This document shows, piece by piece, positions 1-7,938 of a DNA stretch of 58,688 nt (position 1 is the stretch's first letter; every line of letters begins with the position of its first letter). A model generated the notes under the pieces. It ran no database searches, was not told where the DNA came from, and was given only the letters and a program-made list of their open reading frames with translations. A program made the position numbers and the translations under genes. Source of the stretch: Acetobacteraceae bacterium (GTDB lineage Bacteria > Pseudomonadota > Alphaproteobacteria > Acetobacterales > Acetobacteraceae); NCBI GenBank assembly GCA_003133265.1, contig PKWQ01000024.1:1-58688 (forward strand), given 5' to 3'.

Positions 1-430
1 CGGTGGTGGCCGAGGACGCCAGCCCGGAGATGTCGGCGGCCGCCGGCTGCGACTGATGCGGAACGCCCAACAGGTCGATGTAGGACAGCCACTGGTGGGC
101 CGTCGCGCCCAGGCTCTGCACCCCGCCCAGCGTGCTGGCCGTCGGCGCCGGCAGCCGCGCGGCCGAGAGCGTGCCAGAGCTGATGTTGGCGGCGTTCGTG
201 GTGTCGGTGGTGGCCGAGGACGCCAGGCCGGAGATGTCGGCGGCAGCCGGCTGGGACTGATGCGGCACACCCGATGGGTCGATGTAGGACAGCCACTGGT
301 GGGCCGTCGCGCCCAGGCTCTGCACCCCGCCCAGCGTGCCCCCCGTCGGCGCTGGCAGCCGTGCCGCCGGCAGGATGCCGGAGGTGATGTTGCCCGCGTT
401 GGTGGTGTCGGTGGTGGCCGAGGGCGGCAG
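1..430. repeat. 204-bp in-frame tandem repeat (2 full copies plus start of a third; may continue left of the window)
   Basis: The string cggtggtggccgagg recurs at 1, 205 and 409. The copies are near-identical with scattered substitutions. The period of 204 nt equals 68 codons. Confidence 0.9.
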
Positions 431-577
431 CCCGAGGTTCTGCAGGAAGATCGAGGGGTTGTTGATGTCGGCGCCATTGAGCTGCGATTGCATCGGCCCG
501 ACCTTAGGCGTCTGGGCGAAGGCATTTGCCGCCGCCAACAGCGCCGCGGCGGCGAAGAGGAGGCGATACGCTCTCAC
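1..577 (-). CDS. signal-peptide protein with 68-aa tandem repeats, partial (3' end beyond window)
   Basis: Not in the ORF track because no stop lies in the window. GTG at 577 overlaps the stop of 574..909 (GTGA). My translation is VRAYRLLFAAAALLAAANAFAQTPKV (Sec-like signal), followed by repeats of the form SATTDTTNA.NI.SG.L.AARLPAPT..TLGGVQSLGATAHQWLSYID..GVPHQSQPAAADISGLAS. Confidence 0.55.
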   Translation of the reverse strand, partial: MRAYRLLFAAAALLAAANAFAQTPKVGPMQSQLNGADINNPSIFLQNLGLPPSATTDTTNAGNITSGILPAARLPAPTGGTLGGVQSLGATAHQWLSYIDPSGVPHQSQPAAADISGLASSATTDTTNAANISSGTLSAARLPAPTASTLGGVQSLGATAHQWLSYIDLLGVPHQSQPAAADISGLASSATT

Positions 578-909
578 GTCACATACCAGGTAATGTTATT
601 GTCATAGGTGAACGTCGCGTTGCCGCCGACGACGAGCTGCGCCGGTTGATTGAGGCCGTAGCCCTCGATCTGCGTGCCGGGCTCCGGATACGCCGTCAGG
701 CTGAAGGCTCCCCGGTTCAACAAGGTCTGCTGGTTGCCGAGGATGTTCTTCAGCCGCACCGCCGTTCCGGCGGCGGCATTGGTGACGATATTCACCCGCG
801 CCGTCAGCACGGTCGCGCTGTTCTGGTCACCTGGCGCGGCGACGATGCCGCCAGCCGCGCCGGCGGGGATCGGCGGCGGAATATCCCGCTGCGTGATTAG
901 GACCTTCAT
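574..909 (-). CDS. hypothetical tail-fibre-region protein
   Basis: 111-aa ORF. ATGA overlap with the upstream gene (906..909) and GTGA overlap with the downstream repeat gene. I recognise no family. Confidence 0.55.
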   Translation of the reverse strand: MKVLITQRDIPPPIPAGAAGGIVAAPGDQNSATVLTARVNIVTNAAAGTAVRLKNILGNQQTLLNRGAFSLTAYPEPGTQIEGYGLNQPAQLVVGGNATFTYDNNITWYVT

Positions 910-1211
910 TGTGTCACCGCCCTGTTCACCCGGATGCCGAAGGTTTCGGACATATCCCTAAAGCCCGCGGACACGGCCCTGATGTCACAGCGCAGCAGGC
1001 CGCCCGGCCATCCAGTGGTGTCCACATCGACGGTCGCCACATTCAGCACCGAGGTCTTCGTGATCGGCAGGACGGCGATCAGGTTGCCCACTGGGTCGCG
1101 CACCTGGGACAGCAAGGTCACGTTCGTCAGATCGGCACCGCTGCCGTCGTCGTTCTGGAACGTCATCTGCAACAGCAGCGTGTCGCCCGGTTTGACTGAA
1201 ATCTCGCTCAT
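906..1211 (-). CDS. hypothetical tail-fibre-region protein
   Basis: ORF 906..1598 trimmed to the internal ATG at 1211 (MSEISVKPGD...), which overlaps the stop of 1208..1717 (ATGA). The upstream part of the track ORF is R/G-rich shadow sequence. Confidence 0.55.
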   Translation of the reverse strand: MSEISVKPGDTLLLQMTFQNDDGSGADLTNVTLLSQVRDPVGNLIAVLPITKTSVLNVATVDVDTTGWPGGLLRCDIRAVSAGFRDMSETFGIRVNRAVTQ

Positions 1212-1717
1212 GCGATCGTCGCCGTCGCGGTGGGCAGCGTGGTGGATGAGCCGTTCATCACTTTGAACCCCGCCGCGACGAAACCGGCGACAGCGACGGC
1301 GAACGCCTTGAACGCCGCCACGGACTGGAAAGTATGGAGGGCGCCCGTCACGTCGGGCCATGCGACGGAGGCGGTGCCATCGGCGAATGCGGCCGTTACC
1401 AGGATCGCGACCATCTCCGCCTGGATATGGTCGGTGGTGGCGCTGTCGCACGCATAGGTGCCGTCGAGCGCCGGCGTGCCGGTGCTGGCGATCGTCAGAC
1501 CCGACGCAATCAACCCGGCGGCCTGCTGAGCCAGCGTGGGGGCGGCCGGCGCGGGCGGCGCGATGATCGCGTCGTTGACCACGGTGCTGCCCTGCCATGC
1601 GGCAACCTGCGCAGCAGTGCCGGCAATCGCGTTGTCCGGCAGCGTCCCATCCGGCGTGAAGCCGGTTCCGAACACCGCACCCGATGTGTCGTGGAGAAGG
1701 TATGCCTGTGCGGTCAT
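1208..1717 (-). CDS. hypothetical protein downstream of tail fibre (fibre assembly/accessory by position)
   Basis: 169-aa Ala/Thr/Gly-rich ORF immediately after the fibre gene. The call is positional only. Confidence 0.5.
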   Translation of the reverse strand: MTAQAYLLHDTSGAVFGTGFTPDGTLPDNAIAGTAAQVAAWQGSTVVNDAIIAPPAPAAPTLAQQAAGLIASGLTIASTGTPALDGTYACDSATTDHIQAEMVAILVTAAFADGTASVAWPDVTGALHTFQSVAAFKAFAVAVAGFVAAGFKVMNGSSTTLPTATATIA

Positions 1718-1727
1718 TTGCGCTGGC

Positions 1728-2666
1728 CTATAGGTTCGGGATGAAGATCAGCATGACGCGCGTGCTGAATTGCACTGTCGCCGCGGCGGTAAATGATGCC
1801 GATACACCGCCCCCGGCTGTCGTCGCGTAGCCCATGTTCGTGACAGGCACCTCAGTGTTGTCGGAGTCCACGAGCGAGCCGTTTATGTACAGGCTCGTTG
1901 AGCTAGCCGAGGCCGCCTGCCACTCGTTGTTGCGTGAGGCGATCGCAATCAGAGCACCCGGCACCGGAGCGGTGAACGAAACGCTCACCGTGAGGGTGGT
2001 GTTGGTCCCGTTATTCGCAGCCATAGCTGACATCGGGGCGTTGATCTGTCCCAGCGCCACCGCTTCGGTCGCGGTTACGGCATCTGCGACATTAAATGCC
2101 TGCGAGGACGAGCCGGCGAGCAGCGCGTAGCCGAGGCTCGGGGTCAAACTCGCCCAATGGTTGCCGTAGCCGTCGCCCACGACCGTCAGGATGCCCGGGG
2201 CTGCTCCGGCCGGCGGCACGACGAATGGCGTCGTGCCACCGAGGATATTTGTGTCACCGCCCTGGAATGTGACGGTCACCGCGTTCGCGGTGTTGTCAAC
2301 GCGAACGAAAATGAACTTCAGCGGCGTCCAACCTGCGCTCCCGGCGAGCGGCAGCTCCAGCGCGATCGCGCCAGCCGCCGCGCTGACGATCACCAGGCCG
2401 GCGTTATCCGGGGTCAGAGCGCGGGACGCTACGATGACGGCGAGATTGCCGCCAGCCAGCCGCTTGATCGCCTTGAACAGCTGCGTGTTGTCGGCGTCGG
2501 TGGGTACCTGGCCGGTGCCTTCGACCGACGCCAGGATGCTTTCCTGGGCGCCGGTGTGCCACAACGCATTCAGGCCGGTGCCTTCGGTGTTGGCGCCCAA
2601 ATTTGGGTCCTGGAACATCCGAAGACCCCCAACCGTCGCATAATTGGCAGCGCTGATGCGGTCCAT
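1728..2666 (-). CDS. tail fibre protein
   Basis: 312-aa Gly/Ala/Thr/Ser-rich ORF directly downstream of the gp48-like baseplate gene, which is the Mu fibre position. Confidence 0.65.
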   Translation of the reverse strand: MDRISAANYATVGGLRMFQDPNLGANTEGTGLNALWHTGAQESILASVEGTGQVPTDADNTQLFKAIKRLAGGNLAVIVASRALTPDNAGLVIVSAAAGAIALELPLAGSAGWTPLKFIFVRVDNTANAVTVTFQGGDTNILGGTTPFVVPPAGAAPGILTVVGDGYGNHWASLTPSLGYALLAGSSSQAFNVADAVTATEAVALGQINAPMSAMAANNGTNTTLTVSVSFTAPVPGALIAIASRNNEWQAASASSTSLYINGSLVDSDNTEVPVTNMGYATTAGGGVSASFTAAATVQFSTRVMLIFIPNL

Positions 2667-2672
2667 TGGCCT

Positions 2673-3278
2673 CTAACCCGTGTAAGAGAAATAGGGAGTG
2701 ACGAAGAGCGGCACGCCCTCGCGAATGACGCACTCTATGACGGAATGATCGAACGTGCCGAGGCTGTCGCCGCAGGTACTGACCCCGCAGATCGCCTTTG
2801 CGACCACGGTCGTCGGCAGCGTCACCAGGATGTTGCACTGGCCCGGCGGCGGGTTAAGCGCGTCGCCGCACCTAGACATCCCGCAGATCGACGCCGGGAA
2901 CTCTGTGATCGTGATCGTCTCGCCGACCGACAGCGCCAGACGCTCGAAATAGCCGGCGCAGATGGTGCCGGCATTGGTCAGCTTGGCATAGGCCAGATTA
3001 CCGCGCGTCGCGGTGTCGGTGATTGGGTTCGACGCCATGCACGGGTCGGGGCCGAGCATGCGTTCCCAGTCCGGCAACAGGTTCGGCGCGTGGCGCGGGT
3101 CGATCTGCGGCAGCATGGAGAAGGCGGACGCCTCGATCGTGGCGAACTCGGCCGCGAGCGGGCGGAACAGCGCAGCCTCATAGTCGTCGGGATCGCGCGT
3201 GGCCGCCCATCCGTCGGGCAGCAGCGCCAGCAGCCCGCGCTGCGCCTGGTCGGTGGAACGGGGCGGCTGGAGCGTCAT
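2673..3278 (-). CDS. baseplate protein, Mu gp48-like
   Basis: 201-aa ORF with an ATGA overlap to the gp47-like gene. The size and position match Mu gp48. Confidence 0.7.
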   Translation of the reverse strand: MTLQPPRSTDQAQRGLLALLPDGWAATRDPDDYEAALFRPLAAEFATIEASAFSMLPQIDPRHAPNLLPDWERMLGPDPCMASNPITDTATRGNLAYAKLTNAGTICAGYFERLALSVGETITITEFPASICGMSRCGDALNPPPGQCNILVTLPTTVVAKAICGVSTCGDSLGTFDHSVIECVIREGVPLFVTPYFSYTG

Positions 3279-4381
3279 GTGAAGCTCACCGTGCCGATGA
3301 TGGAAAGGGTCGTGGCGGCGGCGGTGACGTCGGCCGACGGGGTGGCGCGTTCATGGCTGAACTCGCCGTCGGCGTTCTCCAGCGCGGCATCCATCCGGCT
3401 CATGTAGAGCGTGGCGGCGATCGTCGCGTCGGCGAGGATCTGCAACGTCAGCGCATTGATGGCGGCGGCGCGCTTGGCGGTGGTGTCGGGGTTCAGATGC
3501 AGGCTGAAGGCCACCGGCTGCAGCGTCGCGCCGACCACGACGATGACCGGCGCGCCGAGCGGCTTGCGGTTCTGCGCATCGTTCAGATAGGCCGTGACGG
3601 TGGCGATCTCCGGCCCCGTCGGCACGCGCCAGGTCTGGCCGGCCGGCATCGCGAAGGCGACGGTGATCAGGCCGGTGCCCGGCGACATCGCCTTGACAAG
3701 CGCGCCCGGCATCACTGCCTTCGTCCAGCGTTCGAAGTCGTTGGCGTTGCCGCCGGAGCCGCGGTTGCGAATGGCATCCAGGATGCGGCCGCGCCATGCG
3801 TCGATGGTTTCCGCGTCCTCTCCCGTCAACCCATTGGAGTCGACGGTGGCCGTCTGCGTGGTCAGGCCGCCAAGCGGGGAGACGACGTTCAGCACGGTGT
3901 TCGCCGGCAGGCTGCCGGCCGATCCCGCCGTGGTGCAGGCGACGGGGATGGAGGCGGTGCTGGTCGGTGCGATCGTCACGGCGGCGGTGGTGACATAGGT
4001 CAGGCCACCCGGCATCGATAGCGCCAGGCCGGATGGCACCGCGACACCGGAGACGCTGGCGAAGATGAGGTTTCCCACTGAGGGCGACGCCAGTATCCGC
4101 GGCGTATTCCAGATCGCGGCATGGCGGGGTAGCCAATCGACGGCGCGGTCCGCCATCAGCTCGTCGGCCAGCCGCGCCTGATAGAACCACAGATCCTGCA
4201 CGGACAGGTCCGTCACGCGGCCGTAGATCGCGAGCTGCGAGTAGGCCGAACGCGCATCGACCCGCACGTCCGACGGCGACGCGTTCGGGTTCTTCAGCAG
4301 ATAGACCCGGGCGAACTCGGCCTCGAAGGTCGACGCGGCGCGGTCGAACACCTCGCCCGGCTGTGGGATCGGCCACGGCAT
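3275..4381 (-). CDS. baseplate J-like protein, Mu gp47-like
   Basis: ORF 3275..4435 trimmed to MPWPIPQPGEV... at 4381, which shares one nt with the gp46 stop (TGATG). About 368 aa, in the baseplate-J position. Confidence 0.75.
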   Translation of the reverse strand: MPWPIPQPGEVFDRAASTFEAEFARVYLLKNPNASPSDVRVDARSAYSQLAIYGRVTDLSVQDLWFYQARLADELMADRAVDWLPRHAAIWNTPRILASPSVGNLIFASVSGVAVPSGLALSMPGGLTYVTTAAVTIAPTSTASIPVACTTAGSAGSLPANTVLNVVSPLGGLTTQTATVDSNGLTGEDAETIDAWRGRILDAIRNRGSGGNANDFERWTKAVMPGALVKAMSPGTGLITVAFAMPAGQTWRVPTGPEIATVTAYLNDAQNRKPLGAPVIVVVGATLQPVAFSLHLNPDTTAKRAAAINALTLQILADATIAATLYMSRMDAALENADGEFSHERATPSADVTAAATTLSIIGTVSFT

Positions 4382-4839
4382 CAGGCGATCGCCTGATTGA
4401 TGGCGATGGTCGTGCGCTGGACCGTGGCCTGCCACCCGAGGACGCCAGGGGCGACCCAGCGGGCCATGGCGGAAATCGGCCAGCCGCGATCGTTGGCGAG
4501 CTGCTCCAGCGGCTCCCGCAGCGCGTTCTCCGCCAGCAGGCGCGTCGGTTCATCCTGCTTGCGGCGCTTCAGCAGCCACAGGCGGCTGCCGGCGAGACGG
4601 CCGAGCTTGTCGAGGCAGTCGCCGCACCAGCCGCGCCGCGCGTTCAGCGTGGCGGGCGCGTAGCCCTGCGCCGTGGTGTCGGGCAGTTCATCGTCGCTGT
4701 GCGCCCGGCGATCCAGGCCGACACAGAGCAGCACCGGCGTGACGGGCGTGTCGTCCAGCACCAGGTCCGTGCCGTCGAACAGCAGGTCACAGCGGCGTCG
4801 CACCGGGTCGTAGGACAGGGCGGTGTCGATGAAGGCCAT
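4381..4839 (-). CDS. baseplate protein, Mu gp46-like
   Basis: 152-aa ORF MAFIDTALSYDPVRRRCDLLFDG... in the gp46 position. No Shine-Dalgarno precedes it; see the regulatory site at 4847..4893. Confidence 0.75.
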   Translation of the reverse strand: MAFIDTALSYDPVRRRCDLLFDGTDLVLDDTPVTPVLLCVGLDRRAHSDDELPDTTAQGYAPATLNARRGWCGDCLDKLGRLAGSRLWLLKRRKQDEPTRLLAENALREPLEQLANDRGWPISAMARWVAPGVLGWQATVQRTTIAINQAIA

Positions 4840-4846
4840 GACGCGC

Positions 4847-4893
4847 AGGCTACGCGCGCGCGCAAACCCGTAGTCACCGACGCGTGTCGGTCA
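4847..4893 (-). promoter_or_regulatory. candidate activator-dependent late promoter (20-bp palindrome plus TAGCCT -10-like hexamer)
   Basis: Palindrome tcaccgacgcgtgtcggtca at 4874-4893. TAGCCT (minus strand, 4852-4847) ends 7 nt before the ATG at 4839. This is one of three copies of the palindrome. Confidence 0.45.
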
Positions 4894-5424
4894 GGGGGTG
4901 ATTATGCCGGTGGCGTGGATATTGCCGTTGACGGTCAGGTTGCCGTCGATCGTCGTGGCCACGCCCAGCGTGATGCCCGAAGCGGTGACCGTCACGCCGT
5001 TGATGATGACCGAAGGCGCGGCGACCGTCACCGTGCCGGTGGCGGTGATGTTGGCATCGGGCGCGGCGATCGTCACCTGGTTGCCGCCGAGGATCTCGAT
5101 CGTGCCGCCCTGGCGGATGGCGACGCGCGAGCCGTCGGCGCCATACATCACCTGTTCGCCGGGCGCCAGGCCACCGAACCGCGCGGACGGATTCGCCAAC
5201 AGCGCCACCATGTTCGCCGGGTCGCCGGCGACGCAGAACAGATAGGCGATCGCCCCGTCGGTCGGCGGCAGGTTCGCCGATCCGAATAGCTGGATGACCT
5301 CGATGCCGCTGTAGGTCGCGCCGGTGCTGGTCTGCACCGTCACGGTCTGCACTTCGCCGGTGTCGTCGATGCTCTGCACCACGCCTTTGCGCAGCATCGC
5401 ACGGGCATCGAATGCGTCTTCCAT
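4891..5424 (-). CDS. baseplate spike / assembly protein V, Mu gp45-like
   Basis: 177-aa ORF with a C-terminal beta-helix-like repeat (TVTAS.ITL..ATTIDGNLTVNGNIHATG), placed between the gpP-like and gp46-like genes. Confidence 0.8.
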   Translation of the reverse strand: MEDAFDARAMLRKGVVQSIDDTGEVQTVTVQTSTGATYSGIEVIQLFGSANLPPTDGAIAYLFCVAGDPANMVALLANPSARFGGLAPGEQVMYGADGSRVAIRQGGTIEILGGNQVTIAAPDANITATGTVTVAAPSVIINGVTVTASGITLGVATTIDGNLTVNGNIHATGIITP

Positions 5425-5432
5425 GCTGCCTC

Positions 5433-6641
5433 CTATGGCGCGTTCAGCGGCGTCGCCGTGGTATCCAGATTAGGCTTCGACTTCCTGGCTTTGCCGCTGC
5501 GCCTCCGATCGGCCTCGTTGATGCGGTCGAGAGCGGTGACGCCGACGACGTGCAGCTGCGTCCGCTGGCCGCCTTCGTCGTTCAGGAATTCGACCCCGGC
5601 AATCAGCATGTCGCGGTCGATGTCGGAATATGGGTCCCAGACGGCGCAGACCTGGTTCGGTCGCCACAGCATGTTGCGTGGCCCGGCGCGATGGCCCAGC
5701 ACGGTCATCCGCACGCCCTGGGCATCGCCCTTGGCAACGCGGCACATCCATTCCGCCTGCTCCTGCACCGTGCTCATGCCGGACTGGCTGCGCGTCAGGC
5801 GCACGGTCGGGCGCCAGCGGGTGATTTCCGGGTCGGTGGCATGGCCGACGGTGCCGATCGCCGTTGCCTCGGCCGCGCTGTTGGCGGCCGGCGTGGGCGA
5901 CGGCGTTGGCGCACTGGAAAGCGGGGTCGCGGTATGGTCCATCGCCGGACCGCCGGCGCGTTTCTTTGCCGTGTCCTGCATGACGAAATAATCGGAAAAG
6001 CGCCTGGTCCAGTCGTCCTCGGCTTCGACGACCTGGACGTTGTCGCCGATCCGCAGCGGCGCCGGCGCGCGCGTGGCGCCGCCCCGGGTCAGCACCAGGC
6101 CACCGACGCCATCGCTGGTCAGCAGGATGGCGCGCTGCCGCGCCGCGCTTTCCAGGAACGCCATCGCCGTCATGTGCTTGTGCAGGCTCAGCCGATCGAA
6201 CGGCGCGCCGATATCGACGTCAGCGCGGGGAATGATGCCGAACGGGGCACAGACCAGACTGGCGACGTGCAACAGATCGACGCCGCGGAACTCGGTCGGC
6301 CCTCTCGGCAGCGCCGCGCACTCCACCAGGTCGCCGGTCTTGTCGCGGCCGGAGATGTGGCATTCCAGCCGGTCGGCCGCCCAGGTGAAATGCGGCTGCT
6401 CGATCCAGCCGACCAGGATCACCTCGTTGTCGATCGCGATGCTGATCGGATCTCCGGCCTTGATCGGGGCATTCCGCGTCGGCTGGCCGATCTGGGCGAT
6501 CAGCGCGTTGCGGATGCGCGCCTCGTCCACGATCGTGAGCTGAAACGTCCCGGCGACGTTGCGCACGTCTCGGGGGATGACGTGGCGGGTGACCTCGGTG
6601 AAGACCTGGTTGGCGATCTTGACCGTGACGACGCTGGTCAC
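5433..6641 (-). CDS. baseplate hub protein, Mu gpP (gp44) / late control D-like
   Basis: 402-aa ORF with an ATGA-type overlap to the gpN-like gene. The position and length fit Mu P. Confidence 0.75.
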   Translation of the reverse strand: MTSVVTVKIANQVFTEVTRHVIPRDVRNVAGTFQLTIVDEARIRNALIAQIGQPTRNAPIKAGDPISIAIDNEVILVGWIEQPHFTWAADRLECHISGRDKTGDLVECAALPRGPTEFRGVDLLHVASLVCAPFGIIPRADVDIGAPFDRLSLHKHMTAMAFLESAARQRAILLTSDGVGGLVLTRGGATRAPAPLRIGDNVQVVEAEDDWTRRFSDYFVMQDTAKKRAGGPAMDHTATPLSSAPTPSPTPAANSAAEATAIGTVGHATDPEITRWRPTVRLTRSQSGMSTVQEQAEWMCRVAKGDAQGVRMTVLGHRAGPRNMLWRPNQVCAVWDPYSDIDRDMLIAGVEFLNDEGGQRTQLHVVGVTALDRINEADRRRSGKARKSKPNLDTTATPLNAP

Positions 6642-7936
6642 GCCAGCACTTCCAGCGGGCCGGGCGGTGGGACGGCGGGATGGCAGATACCGTTCCGCTG
6701 CACCAGGTCGCGCCAGGTGGCGACGATCGCGCTGGGATCGTCACCGGCGAGATACTGCGCGTAGAGCCAGGCCGACGCCGCCACGGGCGGCGTGAACATC
6801 TCCACCGGCGGCAGTCGGCCGACGGCGGCGTTCATGTCGGCGATCCAGGCCGATTTCGCGGCGATCAGCGCGCGCCATAGCGCGGCGGCGGGGGTCGGCG
6901 ACGACGGCACCAGCGCGGCGGCGGCCAGCACGGCGGCATCGTAGGCGCCGCCAACCTGGTCGCGCCAGGTCATGGCTTCCTGCTGGCTGTCGAAGCCGAT
7001 CGCGCTGGCGGCGCTGGCGGCGTCGGCCAGCAGGAACATCTGCGCCGACAGGATCAGCGCCGGTCCCGGCGGGATCTGGATCGGCGCGGCGGACAGCGTC
7101 GCGGTGCCGATCTGGCTGGAGGCGGACAGCAGCATCGCCGCGGTGATGCGCCCGTCCACCGGCACCGGCGTCGCCGTCGATCCGCCCGGCGCCATCGCGC
7201 TCGGCATCGAGGGCGTCGTGGTGCCGCCGATCGCAGCACTCGGCCCCGACAGCAGGTTGCCGACGGTGCCGGCATAGGTGGCGTCGAACGGCGCGCTGCC
7301 GATGCTGGACAGCAGCCCGATCGGCAGGCTGCCGGCGATGCCGACCGAGGGGTTCACGCAGGACGAGACCAGCGAGCCGAGGACGGTGGCGACCTCGCCC
7401 ACCAGGCTTTCGACCTGGCTAACGGCGGACAGGGTCAGCGCGATCGGCGCCAGCAGGCTGGCCAGCATGGCGTAGGCGGCGGTGCGCATGTCCGCCAGAC
7501 TGTCCAGCAACCCCTGGAGCGTATCCGGCGGCGTCTTCAGCTTCGGCGTGTAGCGGCGGAACGTCGCGGTGAACGTCGCGATGCGCAGCTGCTCCGCCTT
7601 GAAGACGAACTTCGGCGTTTTGCCCGGCGACAGCACGACCTGCAGCGTGCCGTGCCACGGGCTGACCAACGTCGCCGGGCCCGGCGTCTGGAGCGCGGCG
7701 CGTAGGCGGTCGACCTGATGCACATAGTCGTCGCCGGAGACGATGCCGGCGACGACAATGTCGCCGTCGAGCTGGCCGAGGTCCTGGAAGACGGTGATGT
7801 CCTGGCCGGGGAACAGGAACGCCAGGACGCGCCGGCTGGGTTCGTCGTCGCCTGACACATGGGAAAACCCGATGCCGCGATAGCTGCCTTCCAGCAGCAT
7901 CTCCTCATACAGGCCGATGATGCTGAACAGGCTCAT
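6638..7936 (-). CDS. DNA circulation protein, Mu gpN (gp43)-like
   Basis: 432 aa. The N-terminus MSLFSIIGLYEEMLLEGSYRGIGF...FLFPGQD fits the DNA-circulation N-terminal family. It directly follows the tape measure gene. Confidence 0.8.
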   Translation of the reverse strand: MSLFSIIGLYEEMLLEGSYRGIGFSHVSGDDEPSRRVLAFLFPGQDITVFQDLGQLDGDIVVAGIVSGDDYVHQVDRLRAALQTPGPATLVSPWHGTLQVVLSPGKTPKFVFKAEQLRIATFTATFRRYTPKLKTPPDTLQGLLDSLADMRTAAYAMLASLLAPIALTLSAVSQVESLVGEVATVLGSLVSSCVNPSVGIAGSLPIGLLSSIGSAPFDATYAGTVGNLLSGPSAAIGGTTTPSMPSAMAPGGSTATPVPVDGRITAAMLLSASSQIGTATLSAAPIQIPPGPALILSAQMFLLADAASAASAIGFDSQQEAMTWRDQVGGAYDAAVLAAAALVPSSPTPAAALWRALIAAKSAWIADMNAAVGRLPPVEMFTPPVAASAWLYAQYLAGDDPSAIVATWRDLVQRNGICHPAVPPPGPLEVLA

Positions 7937-7938
7937 CG

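Noticed and set aside
1-430. Regularly spaced repeats at the left edge, considered as a possible CRISPR array.
   Set aside because: The repeats are contiguous 204-bp units with no unique spacers, and they are in frame within a coding sequence. This is a tandem coding repeat, not a CRISPR array.
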